This document shows, piece by piece, positions 8,842 to 18,257 of a stretch of 64,000 nucleotides of DNA. The position numbers were made by a program, and so were the translations under genes. How positions within the stretch are numbered: position 1 is the stretch's first letter; every line of letters starts with the position of its first letter. This DNA comes from an uncultured Gemmatimonadales bacterium. GTDB lineage: Bacteria; Gemmatimonadota; Gemmatimonadetes; Gemmatimonadales; GWC2-71-9. The DNA lies in contig CAWCFX010000006.1 of the NCBI GenBank assembly GCA_963795085.1, positions 544,001-608,000 of the forward strand, written 5' to 3'. The notes under the pieces were generated by a model that ran no database searches, was not told the DNA's origin, and saw nothing but the letters and a program-made list of their open reading frames with translations.

Positions 8842-8871
8842 ACTATGGACGCCGGATGCTCGCCCTGTCAA
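8842..8871 (-). promoter_or_regulatory. Putative sigma70 promoter for the ABC/halogenase operon
   Basis: Minus strand TTGACA-N18-CATAGT in the divergent intergenic region. Confidence 0.45.
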
Positions 8872-8957
8872 CCTCGGGCCAGCCTTGCCCTGGGGCTCCG
8901 CACGAGGGGGGAGCGCCCGACCGGCCCGTTCAAAGCACAAAACATGCCTTCCGGGAG

Positions 8958-8986
8958 TTGGCCCGGGGTCGGGAGCGGGTGATATT
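8958..8986 (+). promoter_or_regulatory. Putative sigma70 promoter for the dehydrogenase/MBOAT operon
   Basis: TTGGCC-N17-GATATT about 60 nt upstream of ATG 9049. Confidence 0.35.
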
Positions 8987-9048
8987 TCCGGTACGAACCC
9001 TGCTCCAGCCAGTGTCGGCTTTCTTCTCAATTCTCCCCGAGGCCCTCC

Positions 9049-10197
9049 ATGGATTTCTCCTGGTCGAGCGAACAGCTCGAGTTCAGGCAGACGGTCGTTG
9101 ATTTCGCGCGGAAAGCCCTCCAGGACGACCTGATCGCGCGGGACCGGTCGGCGACGTTTTCCCGCCCGCTCTGGAGCCGTTTGGGGGAGTTCGGCATCCT
9201 GGGCCTGCCCTTTCCCGAAGAATTCGGCGGGGCGGGCAGCGATATCCTGACCACCATCCTGGCGATGGAGGCCCTGGGCTACGGGTGCAAGGACAACGGC
9301 CTGCTCTTCGGCATCGCGGCCCAGATGTGGAGCGTCCAGATGCCGATCTTCAAGTTCGGCACCCCGGAAGCCCGGGCAAAGTACCTGCCCCGCCTCAATT
9401 CGGGAGAATGGATCGGGGCCCACGGGATGAGCGAGCCCGACAGCGGGTCGGACGCATTTGCGCTGCGGACCACCGCCGACCGGCGGGGCGACAGCTATGT
9501 CCTCAACGGCACCAAGACCTTCGTCAGCAACGGTCCCTCGGCGGATCTCTTCCTGGTATTTGCCACCCTGGACCGGACCAAGGGTTTCCTGGGCCTCACC
9601 GGCTTCCTGGTCGAGCGCACGACCCCCGGCCTCAAGGTGAGCAAGGAGATCGAGAAGATGGGGCTGCGCACCTCCCCGATGGCCGAGGTGATCATGGAGG
9701 ATTGCGTCATCCCGGTGGAGAACCGGATCGGGCGGGAGGGGCGCGGAGGGGCGGTCTTCAACGATTCCATGGAATGGGAGCGGGGCTGTATCCTCGCCAG
9801 CTACCTCGGGTCCATGGAACGCCAGCTGGAGTCCTGCGTGCGCCATTCCCAGGAGCGGAAACAGTTCGGCCAGGCGATCGGCCAGTTCCAGTCGGTGGCC
9901 AACAAGATGGTGGACATGAAAGTGCGGCTGGAGACGGCCCGCCTCATCCTGTACAAGGCGGCGTGGAGCAAACAGCAGCAGGGCAAGCATGCCGGTGAGG
10001 ACGCGGCGATTGCCAAGCTCTATCTCAGCGAAGCGTGGGTCAAATCCTGCCTCGATGCCGTCCAGATCCATGGAGGCTATGGATTCACAACCGAGTACGA
10101 GGTCGAGCGGGACCTCCGGGATTCCATCGGCGGTACCCTCTACTCGGGGACATCGGAGATCCAGCGGACCCTGATCGCGCGGCAGCTCGGGTTGTAG
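9049..10197 (+). CDS. L-prolyl-[carrier protein] dehydrogenase (acyl-CoA dehydrogenase family, PltE/RedW/AnaB-like)
   Basis: ACAD fold (SEPDSGSD, LNGTKTFVSNG, KMGLR, RKQFGQAIGQFQ) plus subfamily hallmarks recognised from AnaB/PltE: MDFSW start, LGYGCKDNGL, FNDSMEWER, and YSGTSEIQ instead of YEGT. Confidence 0.82.
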   Translation: MDFSWSSEQLEFRQTVVDFARKALQDDLIARDRSATFSRPLWSRLGEFGILGLPFPEEFGGAGSDILTTILAMEALGYGCKDNGLLFGIAAQMWSVQMPIFKFGTPEARAKYLPRLNSGEWIGAHGMSEPDSGSDAFALRTTADRRGDSYVLNGTKTFVSNGPSADLFLVFATLDRTKGFLGLTGFLVERTTPGLKVSKEIEKMGLRTSPMAEVIMEDCVIPVENRIGREGRGGAVFNDSMEWERGCILASYLGSMERQLESCVRHSQERKQFGQAIGQFQSVANKMVDMKVRLETARLILYKAAWSKQQQGKHAGEDAAIAKLYLSEAWVKSCLDAVQIHGGYGFTTEYEVERDLRDSIGGTLYSGTSEIQRTLIARQLGL

Positions 10198-10397
10198 TGC
10201 GTGTTGGAGTATCGCAACATGCGGGAAACCCCGAGCCCTTGCATGACCTGGCTTTGGTTTCTCAAGTTATTGTCTCAAATCGCTTTACCTCAGATGCCGC
10301 CGGCTGTGGCGAAGTGGCACGGCGGTAGCAGGCAGGTAGAGCTTTCCGGCCCGCGGGCCGCCTCCTGGACGTCAATCGAATGCATCGGAGCAGCAAC

Positions 10398-12902
10398 ATG
10401 ACGGTGGGCAGTCTCACGGCCTCCCTGGGCGACCGGGTACGTACCAGCCCGGAATGGCTGGCCATCCTGCGGCTGGCGGGTTTCACCGTCCAGCTGGGGC
10501 TGGGCATCCTGGTGATCCGGGAATTCTCCCTGGAGGGTCCCACCTTCTACACCATGATCCTGCTGGCGGCAGTCGGGTTCTTCGTGAACGCCGTGCTGCC
10601 CCGGGCCTACCGGCAGGCCTGGTTCATCCTGGTCTCGCTGGTGGCGATCGGGATGGTGTTCGGGGTGGGAGACGGGCTCTGGCTGGTCGCGGTGGGCCTG
10701 GGTCTGATCGGCCTCTGCCACCTGCCGGTCAACTGGTGGCTCCGGGTGGCCATTATTCTGTCGGCGGCGGCGGTGCTGGCGTTCACCCGGATCGGCTGGC
10801 TGGGGGCGCCGTTTTCGATGGGCATCTGGCCCATCCTGGGCTCCATGTTCATGTTCCGGCTGATGGTGTACCTGCACCACATCAAGCACAATCCCAAGGT
10901 CACCGCGGGCCGGTCGCTGGCCTACTTCTTCATGTTGCCGAACATCTCGTTTCCCCTCTTTCCGGTGGTGGATTACAAGACCTTCGACTCGGTCTACTAC
11001 GACCAGGAGCCGAACGCCATCTACCAGGCCGGGCTCCGGTACATCGCCCGGGGCCTGCTGCACCTGGTCACCTACCGGTTCATCTATTACTACGTGGCGC
11101 GGGACCCGGCCGAGGTCACCAATCTCGGGGAGCTGCTGACCTACGTGGTCTCCACCTTCCTGATTTACGTCCGCGTCTCCGGCCAGTTCCATATCATCGT
11201 GGGGGTGCTCCACCTGTTCGGGTGGCGGATGCCCCCGGCCAACAACCTCTACTACCTGGCCACCAGCTTCACCGAGGTCTGGCGGCGGAACAACATCTAC
11301 TGGAAGGACTTCATGATGAAGCTGGCGTACTATCCCAGCTTCTTCAAACTCCGCGGCCGGGGCGGCAGCATCGCGCTCATCGGCGCCACGATCATGGTGT
11401 TCCTGCTGACGTGGCTGCTCCACTCCTACCAGTGGTTCTGGATCCGGGGCGAGTTTCCGCTGACCGCCACCGACGGCCTGTTCTGGGGCCTGATCGGGGG
11501 ATTCATGCTGGTGGAAATGCTGCGCGACACCCGCAAGGGCCCGGCTGCCCGGGTCCCGGTCCGCCGAGGGTGGAGCGCCAGCCGGGCCTTCCGGACGGTC
11601 GGGTTCTTTCTGCTGATGTCAACGCTCTGGGCGCTGTGGGACAGTCAGTCCATCGGTGATTTTATTTCGCTGTGGGCAGTGGCGACGCGATTCGACGGAG
11701 AGACCCTGCTCCGGATCGGCCTGCTCCTGGCGGCGGCCCTCGCCATTACCGGGTGGCCGTGGACGGTGCAAACCCTTCAGAAAGAGGAGGGACAGCAGCC
11801 GCTCTGGCGCCGGCAGGATGTCCAGACCGTCTTCGTGTGCACCGGCCTGCTGGCTATCGCCCAGCCCGGCGTTACCAATCTGGTGGCGCCCTCGGTCACC
11901 GAGTTCGCCCAGTCGCTGCGACAGACCAGGCTCAACGCCCGGGACGCCGCCTCCCAGCACCGGGGCTACTACGAGCAGCTCAACGTGGCGGCCGGCAACC
12001 TGGGCGGCGGCGAACTCCAGGCGGTGAACGAGGAGCGGCCCGCCGACTGGGTCCCGCTGACCGAAACCGCCGTGTACCGGGAACTGGAAGCGTCCTTCCT
12101 TGGCGGCGAGCTGGTGCCCGGATCGAGCACCGAGTTCAAGGGGGAGACCCTGAGCGTGAACCCGGCCGGCCTCCGGGACCGGGACTACGCGGTCCAGAAG
12201 CCGGCGGAGACCTACCGGATCGCCGTGATGGGGCCCTCCGACGTCATGGGCGCCGGCGTCGCCGATTCCCAGACGTTCGAGAATCTGCTGGAAGACCGGC
12301 TCAACCGGGAGCGGGTCGGCGGGCGGCGGTACGAGAGCATCAACTTCGGGGTGGTGTCCTTCAGCATCCTGCAGCAGATGCAGCTGCTGGAAGAGCGGGC
12401 GCTGCGGTACGACCCCGACATGGTGATCATCTCGTATCACGCGATCTCCGAAGCCCGGTTCGCCTTCCAGTACCTGGCCAACCGGGTGCGGTTCGGCCAG
12501 CCGGTGCCCCACCCCGAGCTGCGGGAGATCGCCGAGCGGGCCGGCGTGAAGCAGGGCATGGAGCAGCCGGACGCGTTCCGGAGGCTCAAGCCGTACGGCG
12601 ATGAACTGGTCCGGTGGTCGCTGGACCGGGTGGCCGGCATGGCGAAGGCCCGCGGCATCCAGCTGGTCCTGTTCATTCGGGACATGCCCGGCGAGATCTC
12701 CGACTCCACGCCCCCCGTCCTGGCATACGCGGACAGCCTGGGGTACGCCGTGGCCGATACCCGCGACGCCTTCGCCGGGCGGGATCCCAATACGCTCCTG
12801 CTGGCCGCCTGGGACAAGCATCCCAACGCACTGGGCCACCGGCTCACCGCCGAGCGCCTGTACGAAGAGCTGGTTGTGCGCCAATCCCTCCTCAAGCCCT
12901 GA
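10398..12902 (+). CDS. MBOAT O-acyltransferase fused to C-terminal SGNH domain (copy 1)
   Basis: Multi-TM N-terminus, SFTEVWRRNNIYWKDFMMKLAYYP, catalytic His in LTWLLHSY; C-terminal RIAVMGPSDVMGAGV, NFGV, DPDMVI, DKHPNALGH. GGAG RBS before ATG 10398. Confidence 0.8.
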   Translation: MTVGSLTASLGDRVRTSPEWLAILRLAGFTVQLGLGILVIREFSLEGPTFYTMILLAAVGFFVNAVLPRAYRQAWFILVSLVAIGMVFGVGDGLWLVAVGLGLIGLCHLPVNWWLRVAIILSAAAVLAFTRIGWLGAPFSMGIWPILGSMFMFRLMVYLHHIKHNPKVTAGRSLAYFFMLPNISFPLFPVVDYKTFDSVYYDQEPNAIYQAGLRYIARGLLHLVTYRFIYYYVARDPAEVTNLGELLTYVVSTFLIYVRVSGQFHIIVGVLHLFGWRMPPANNLYYLATSFTEVWRRNNIYWKDFMMKLAYYPSFFKLRGRGGSIALIGATIMVFLLTWLLHSYQWFWIRGEFPLTATDGLFWGLIGGFMLVEMLRDTRKGPAARVPVRRGWSASRAFRTVGFFLLMSTLWALWDSQSIGDFISLWAVATRFDGETLLRIGLLLAAALAITGWPWTVQTLQKEEGQQPLWRRQDVQTVFVCTGLLAIAQPGVTNLVAPSVTEFAQSLRQTRLNARDAASQHRGYYEQLNVAAGNLGGGELQAVNEERPADWVPLTETAVYRELEASFLGGELVPGSSTEFKGETLSVNPAGLRDRDYAVQKPAETYRIAVMGPSDVMGAGVADSQTFENLLEDRLNRERVGGRRYESINFGVVSFSILQQMQLLEERALRYDPDMVIISYHAISEARFAFQYLANRVRFGQPVPHPELREIAERAGVKQGMEQPDAFRRLKPYGDELVRWSLDRVAGMAKARGIQLVLFIRDMPGEISDSTPPVLAYADSLGYAVADTRDAFAGRDPNTLLLAAWDKHPNALGHRLTAERLYEELVVRQSLLKP

Positions 12903-12912
12903 AGGCGCGCCT

Positions 12913-15444
12913 ATGTCAGCCGGTTCGATAGCGATGGCGGAAAACTCCGGGGCAGCCCGGGTCGGGTGGGTGGCGGCCGGGCGGATGCTGGCCGCAGTGG
13001 TGCAGCTCGGCCTCATCGTGCTGGTGATTCGCCAGTTCGAGATTGAAGGGACCGGGTTCTACCGCCTCTCCCTGCTGGCGGCCGGAGGCTTCGCGGTCCA
13101 TGCCCTGCTGCCGCTCCGGCTGCGGCTGCCTTTCTTCCTCGCGCTATCCCTGGCCGGCATCCTGCTGGTGATGGGCATCGTCAACGGGCTCTGGATCCTC
13201 GGCCTGGGCGCGCTGCTCATCGTGCTGAGCCACATTCCGGTCCGCTTCAGCGTGCGGATCGCCATCGTGCTCGCCGCCGCCGTGGTGCTCGGCCTGTTCC
13301 GGTCCCAGCTGCTGCCGGGCGGGATCCCCGGGGCCGTCTGGCCGATCCTGGCCTCGATGTTCATGTTCCGGCTGGCCATCTACCTGTATGATCTCACCCA
13401 CGGGGTGGAGACCGGGCCGCCAGCCCGGGTGCTGGCGTACTTCTTCATGATCCCGAACGTCGCCTTTCCGCTGTTCCCCGTGGTGGATTACAAGACCTTC
13501 GCCCGCACCTATTACAATGACGAGGACTGGCGGATCTACCAGCGGGGCCTCAAGTGGATCGTGCGGGGCCTGACCCACCTGATCGCGTACCGCTTCGTCT
13601 ATCACTACATGGCCATGGATCTGGCCGCGGTCCGGACCGGTCCCGACGTGGCCCAGTACATCTTCAGCTCGTTCATGCTGTACCTGCGGGTCTCCGGCAT
13701 GTACCACCTCTCGATCGGCATGCTCCACCTGTTCGGGTTCCGGCTGCCGGAGACCAACCACTACTGGCTCTTCTGCCAGAGCTTCACCGATCTCTGGCGC
13801 CGGATGAACATCTATTTCAAGGACTTCATGATGAAGCTGGTGTATTATCCCAGCTACTTCAAAGTCCGCAAGCGGGGCATGCGGCAGGGAATCGCCCTGT
13901 CCCTCCTGATGGTATTCTTTGTGACCTGGGCCCTCCACGTGGTCCAGTGGTTCTGGCTCCGGGGCAGCCTCCTCCTCACCTGGCAGGACAGCCTGTTCTA
14001 CGTGGTACTGGGCGCCCTGGTGATCCGGCAGGCCATGAAGGACGCGGCCCCCGGCCGCAAGCGGGCACTGGACACTGGAGAGGCCCGGTGGAGCCCCCGC
14101 CGCGCAGTCAACGGGCTGCTCACGATGGGAATCCTGATGACGGCCTGGTCCTTCTGGACGGCCGACTCGGTGGACCAGTGGCTGGCAATGTTCCAGGGCA
14201 TGGGCGAATGGCCCCGGAACGGCACCCTCGTCCTGGCCAGCGTGCTGGCCGTGTACCTGGCCCTCGCCGGCCTTCCCTGGACGTCGCCCGAACTGGCTGA
14301 CCGGAAAGAGGGCACCCTGGTCGGCCCGGCCCTGCTCACGGTCGGCACCCTGGGCGGCCTGCTGTTCCTCGCCGAGCCGCGGGTGCACGAGCGGTTCACG
14401 CCGCGGGGGGTCGAACTGGTCCGATCGCTCAAGCAGAACAAGCTCAACCAGCGGGACCAGGCCGTGCTGCTGCGCGGGTACTATGAGAAAGTGGATAACA
14501 AGACCACACTGACCAGCCAGGTCTGGGAACTGGGACAGGGAACGCCCGAGGACATCCGGATCACCAGTACCCCGGCCTTCCGGGAACGCGCCGATTTCCT
14601 GGGCGGGGAGCTGGTGCCGTCGTCCCGGATCGTGTTCAAGAACGAGCAATTTGTCGCCAACCGCTGGGGCATGCACGACCAGGAGTACGAACGGGCCAAG
14701 CCGGCCGGCACCCACCGGACGGCGCTGCTGGGCCCTTCCGACGTGATGGGCCCGGGCGTGCTGGCGTCGGAAACCTTCGAGGCCCTGGCCGAGGCCCGTC
14801 TCAACCAGCACGGCGGTAAGTTCCAGCGCTACGAGATTCTCAATTTCGGGGTGGCCGCGTTCACCGTCCTCCAGCAGGCCGCCATGCTGGACGACCGGGG
14901 CCTCGGTTTCGACCCCGACCTGATCGTGATGACGTTCCACCCCGGGTCCGACCCGCCCACGACGCTGCGCTACCTGGTGGACGTCGTCCGGGCCGGCAGA
15001 CCGGTTCCCTACCCCGACCTCGCCGCTATCGTTCGGCGGGCCGGGATCGACAGCGGCATGACCGACGGCGTGGCCAAGCGGAAGACCTGGCCCCACATCC
15101 AGGAAATCATGCGCTGGAGCTTCCGGCATATTGCGGAAGCCGCGAAGTCCCGTAATATCCCGGTCGCGCTGCTGGTGACTGACGCCATCACCGAGCCATC
15201 GGCGCCGGACCAGCCGCTCATCCGCTACGCGGACAGCCTGGGCTTTACGATCCTGGACCTGCGCAGCGCGCACGTCGGGCACGAGCCCAGGACGGTAATC
15301 CTGGCCGAGAATGACCGGCATCCCAACAAGCTGGGCCACCGGCTCCTGGGCGAGGCGCTGTACCGCAAACTGATGGCACTCGGCGACACCCTGGGCCTGG
15401 GACTGGGCCCGCAACCATCGCAACTCAACCAGGAGGGGAAGTGA
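12913..15444 (+). CDS. MBOAT O-acyltransferase fused to C-terminal SGNH domain (copy 2, paralog)
   Basis: SFTDLWRRMNIYFKDFMMKLVYYP, VTWALHVV; LLGPSDVMGPGV, NFGV, DRHPNKLGH; clearly collinear with copy 1. Confidence 0.8.
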   Translation: MSAGSIAMAENSGAARVGWVAAGRMLAAVVQLGLIVLVIRQFEIEGTGFYRLSLLAAGGFAVHALLPLRLRLPFFLALSLAGILLVMGIVNGLWILGLGALLIVLSHIPVRFSVRIAIVLAAAVVLGLFRSQLLPGGIPGAVWPILASMFMFRLAIYLYDLTHGVETGPPARVLAYFFMIPNVAFPLFPVVDYKTFARTYYNDEDWRIYQRGLKWIVRGLTHLIAYRFVYHYMAMDLAAVRTGPDVAQYIFSSFMLYLRVSGMYHLSIGMLHLFGFRLPETNHYWLFCQSFTDLWRRMNIYFKDFMMKLVYYPSYFKVRKRGMRQGIALSLLMVFFVTWALHVVQWFWLRGSLLLTWQDSLFYVVLGALVIRQAMKDAAPGRKRALDTGEARWSPRRAVNGLLTMGILMTAWSFWTADSVDQWLAMFQGMGEWPRNGTLVLASVLAVYLALAGLPWTSPELADRKEGTLVGPALLTVGTLGGLLFLAEPRVHERFTPRGVELVRSLKQNKLNQRDQAVLLRGYYEKVDNKTTLTSQVWELGQGTPEDIRITSTPAFRERADFLGGELVPSSRIVFKNEQFVANRWGMHDQEYERAKPAGTHRTALLGPSDVMGPGVLASETFEALAEARLNQHGGKFQRYEILNFGVAAFTVLQQAAMLDDRGLGFDPDLIVMTFHPGSDPPTTLRYLVDVVRAGRPVPYPDLAAIVRRAGIDSGMTDGVAKRKTWPHIQEIMRWSFRHIAEAAKSRNIPVALLVTDAITEPSAPDQPLIRYADSLGFTILDLRSAHVGHEPRTVILAENDRHPNKLGHRLLGEALYRKLMALGDTLGLGLGPQPSQLNQEGK

Positions 15445-15704
15445 CCAACGAAGAGATCATCCGGACGGTGAAGGAGTACATACTCCAGACCTTCCTTCCG
15501 GGCGAGGATCCCAAGGCGCTGACCGAAAGCACCCAGCTCATCACGGGCGGCGTGCTGGATTCCCTGGCCACGCTCGAGCTGGTGTCCTTCCTGGAACAAA
15601 AGTACGGCATCGAACTGCAGGCCCACGAGGTGGATGCCGCCAACCTCGGCACCCTGACCGCCATCGCCGGGCTGGTGCAGACCAAGGTGGGCGCCGGGAA
15701 GTGA
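15441..15704 (+). CDS. Stand-alone acyl/peptidyl carrier protein (PltL/DltC-like)
   Basis: 87 aa, acidic, GVLDSL phosphopantetheine motif; overlaps both neighbours by 4 nt. Confidence 0.92.
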   Translation: MTNEEIIRTVKEYILQTFLPGEDPKALTESTQLITGGVLDSLATLELVSFLEQKYGIELQAHEVDAANLGTLTAIAGLVQTKVGAGK

Positions 15705-17263
15705 GCGCCGCCACGCTGCACGCCCAGCTCGACGCCACGGTTCGGCGGTTCCCCGCGCGAACCGCGGTGGAGGATCCCGGCAAGGGGCAGTTGACCTATG
15801 CTGAACTGGGTGAGCTGTCGGACCGGCTCCGGGACCGGCTGGCGCTCCTCGGCGTGGAGCCGGGGGACCGGGTCGGACTGTACATGGCCAAGTCGCTGGA
15901 CGCGATCGTCACCATTTTCGGCGCCCTCAAGACGGGGGCGGCCTACGTGCCCGTGGATCCGGGCGCCCCGCCGGCCCGCTGCGCCTACATTCTCAACAAC
16001 TGCTCGGTCCGGGTCATCGTCACGGAGCGGCGGCTGAGCCAGGCTCTCACCGAGGAACTCCAGAAACTGGGAAGCGTCCCGCCCCTCCTGCTGCTGGACG
16101 ACGCGGCCGAGGCAAACCTCCCCGTTGCCGCGATGCTGGACCGGGAAGCCGGGACCCGCCCCGCGCCGGCGGCGGCCACCAGGGACCCCGGCCCCGACGG
16201 GCTGGCCTACATCCTGTACACTTCCGGATCCACCGGCAAACCCAAGGGCGTGATGCTCACGCACCGCTGCGCGGTGAGTTATGTCGACTGGTGTTCGGAC
16301 GTGTTCCAGCCCACGGAGGCAGACCGGTTCTCTTCGCACGCGCCGCTGCACTTCGACCTGTCCATCCTGGACCTCTACGTCCCCCTCAAGCACGGGGCCA
16401 CGCTGGTGCTGATCGGCGAGGAACTGGGCAAGGACCCGCTCAACCTCGCACCGTTGATCGCCGAGAAGCGAATCACCGTCTGGTATTCCACGCCCTCGAT
16501 CCTGAGCCTGCTGGCCCAGTACGGCAAGCTGTCCCGCTACGATTACTCGGCGCTGCGCTTTGTGTTCTTCGCCGGCGAAGTCTTCCCGGTGCCGCAGCTC
16601 CGCGCCCTCAAGGCACTGTGGCCGCATCCCCGGTACTTCAACCTGTACGGGCCCACCGAGACCAACGTGTGCACCTACTACGAGGTGCCCGCCGAGATCC
16701 CGGCCGGCCGCACCGAGCCGTTTCCGATCGGGAAGACGTGCGAGCACCTGGCCTGCCTGGTGATCGACCAGGACGGGAGCGTGGTGCCGAAAGGCGAGGA
16801 AGGCGAGCTGGTGGTGTGGGGACCCGGAGTCATGACCGGCTACTGGAACCTGGCGGAGCAGAACGCCGCCGCCTTCATCGAGATCGGCGGCAAGCGCTGG
16901 TACCACACGGGGGATCTGGTGGTCGAGGAGCCCAGCGGCGACTACATCTTCCACGGCCGCCGGGACCGGATGGTCAAGCGGCGGGGCTACCGGGTGGAAC
17001 TGGGCGAAATCGAAGCGGGCCTCGCCACCCATCCCCAGGCGAAAGAGGTGGCGGTGGTGGCGCTGCCGGACAAGGATGCCGGCGTCAAGATCCGGGCGTT
17101 TCTCTCGATCAAGGACGGCGTCAAGCCCAGCATCATCGAGATGAAGTCGTTCTCGATGGACAAACTGCCCAAGTACATGGTGCCCGATACCTTCTCGTTC
17201 CTCGAGGCGCTGCCCCGGACCTCGACCGACAAGATCGACTACCAGACGCTCAAGACTCTCTGA
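15701..17263 (+). CDS. Stand-alone amino-acid adenylation enzyme, probable L-proline:PCP ligase (PltF/RedM/CloN4-like)
   Basis: YILYTSGSTGKPKG, FDLS, NLYGPTETNVC, YHTGD, GYRVELGEIE, PRTSTDKID. Pocket residues read by eye as D-L-L-Y-F-A-L-V-C-K. Confidence 0.85.
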   Translation: MSAATLHAQLDATVRRFPARTAVEDPGKGQLTYAELGELSDRLRDRLALLGVEPGDRVGLYMAKSLDAIVTIFGALKTGAAYVPVDPGAPPARCAYILNNCSVRVIVTERRLSQALTEELQKLGSVPPLLLLDDAAEANLPVAAMLDREAGTRPAPAAATRDPGPDGLAYILYTSGSTGKPKGVMLTHRCAVSYVDWCSDVFQPTEADRFSSHAPLHFDLSILDLYVPLKHGATLVLIGEELGKDPLNLAPLIAEKRITVWYSTPSILSLLAQYGKLSRYDYSALRFVFFAGEVFPVPQLRALKALWPHPRYFNLYGPTETNVCTYYEVPAEIPAGRTEPFPIGKTCEHLACLVIDQDGSVVPKGEEGELVVWGPGVMTGYWNLAEQNAAAFIEIGGKRWYHTGDLVVEEPSGDYIFHGRRDRMVKRRGYRVELGEIEAGLATHPQAKEVAVVALPDKDAGVKIRAFLSIKDGVKPSIIEMKSFSMDKLPKYMVPDTFSFLEALPRTSTDKIDYQTLKTL

Positions 17264-17282
17264 CCGCCGGGCGGGGGACGGC

Positions 17283-18257
17283 CTACCGGTCGATCCACCG
17301 CTCTTCGCCCGCCAGCGCCCTCGGCCGTATCCAGAAATACCAGAGCCGGGGCGCCTTTTTCATCCGGTCCTTCAGGTCTTCCGCCACCTCGTGCACCCGG
17401 CCCCGAACCCGCAACGCGGCGCCCGCCGCCGGCTCGGCGGGCTGGTACCCGAACTGCTGCATCAGCGGTCCCGCCGTCCATTCCACCAGGCGCACCTGTT
17501 CCGGCGTCAACTGGTTCTTCCAGGATCCCAGCCGGTCCCGGCTCAACGATCCCTGGGCCCGCTCGAACCAGGGCCGGTCGGCCCGGGCCGGCTGCTTCAC
17601 CTCCAGCATGGCCGGGCTGAAAGTCTCGCCGACGAAGCGGCAGACCTCAGCCAGGCGCTGCTCCGGCTGCTCGACCAGGTCCTCGTAGCGAATCCGCATG
17701 AAGCGGGGATCGTCCCGGGAGGCCTCCGCGGCCGCCGTGAGGCTGGCCCAGAGCCGGCCGTTGGCCGCGGCGCTCTTCCGGCCCCACGGCACGTTGAAGA
17801 GCGAGGCCGTCACGTCCCGGGGGTCGCGAAGCAGGTGGATGACCCGGGCGCCCGGGTACCAGGCGAGCAGGTCGGCCGTATTCCAGGCGTGGTGGGGGGT
17901 CTTCTCGCCCGGCCGCACCTTGCCCATCGATTCGGCGTAGAACGCAAGGATCGCCGCGAAAAACGCGGGGTAGCTGGTGCCCTGGGCCATCAACCGGTCC
18001 GCCAGGGCGGGCAGGTCGATCTTCAGCCGCTGCATCCGGGAAGTTGCGGTGTAGCTCGCGACGAGCCGCTTGCGGTTCTCCGGATCGGCCAGGTCGCCGA
18101 ACGCCCGCCGCCGCAGGTGGACGTAATAGAAAAAATAGGTCTCGTCGCAGAGCCCTATGCGGGGGTGCCGGTTGAGCATCGCCCGGAGCAGCGTCGTCCC
18201 GCTCCGGGGAGCGCCCACGATGAAAATGGGCTGGAACGCGGCCAGGTCCATGGTCAC
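17283..18257 (-). CDS. Sulfotransferase (PAPS-dependent)
   Basis: PIFIVGAPRSGTTLL (5'-PSB), GEKTP, HLLRDPRDVTAS (3'-PB), RYEDLV. Confidence 0.9.
   Translation of the reverse strand: MTMDLAAFQPIFIVGAPRSGTTLLRAMLNRHPRIGLCDETYFFYYVHLRRRAFGDLADPENRKRLVASYTATSRMQRLKIDLPALADRLMAQGTSYPAFFAAILAFYAESMGKVRPGEKTPHHAWNTADLLAWYPGARVIHLLRDPRDVTASLFNVPWGRKSAAANGRLWASLTAAAEASRDDPRFMRIRYEDLVEQPEQRLAEVCRFVGETFSPAMLEVKQPARADRPWFERAQGSLSRDRLGSWKNQLTPEQVRLVEWTAGPLMQQFGYQPAEPAAGAALRVRGRVHEVAEDLKDRMKKAPRLWYFWIRPRALAGEERWIDR

Noticed and set aside
10321..10329. GGCGGTAGC resembling an RfaH ops element upstream of the MBOAT genes
   Set aside because: Lacks the downstream TG and the JUMPstart context; such a GC-rich 8-mer is expected several times by chance in this window.
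9049..17263. Anatoxin/pyoluteorin/prodigiosin cluster, or a plain dlt operon
   Set aside because: No PKS/NRPS modules in the window; the dehydrogenase and Pro-like A-domain pocket do not fit simple D-alanylation.
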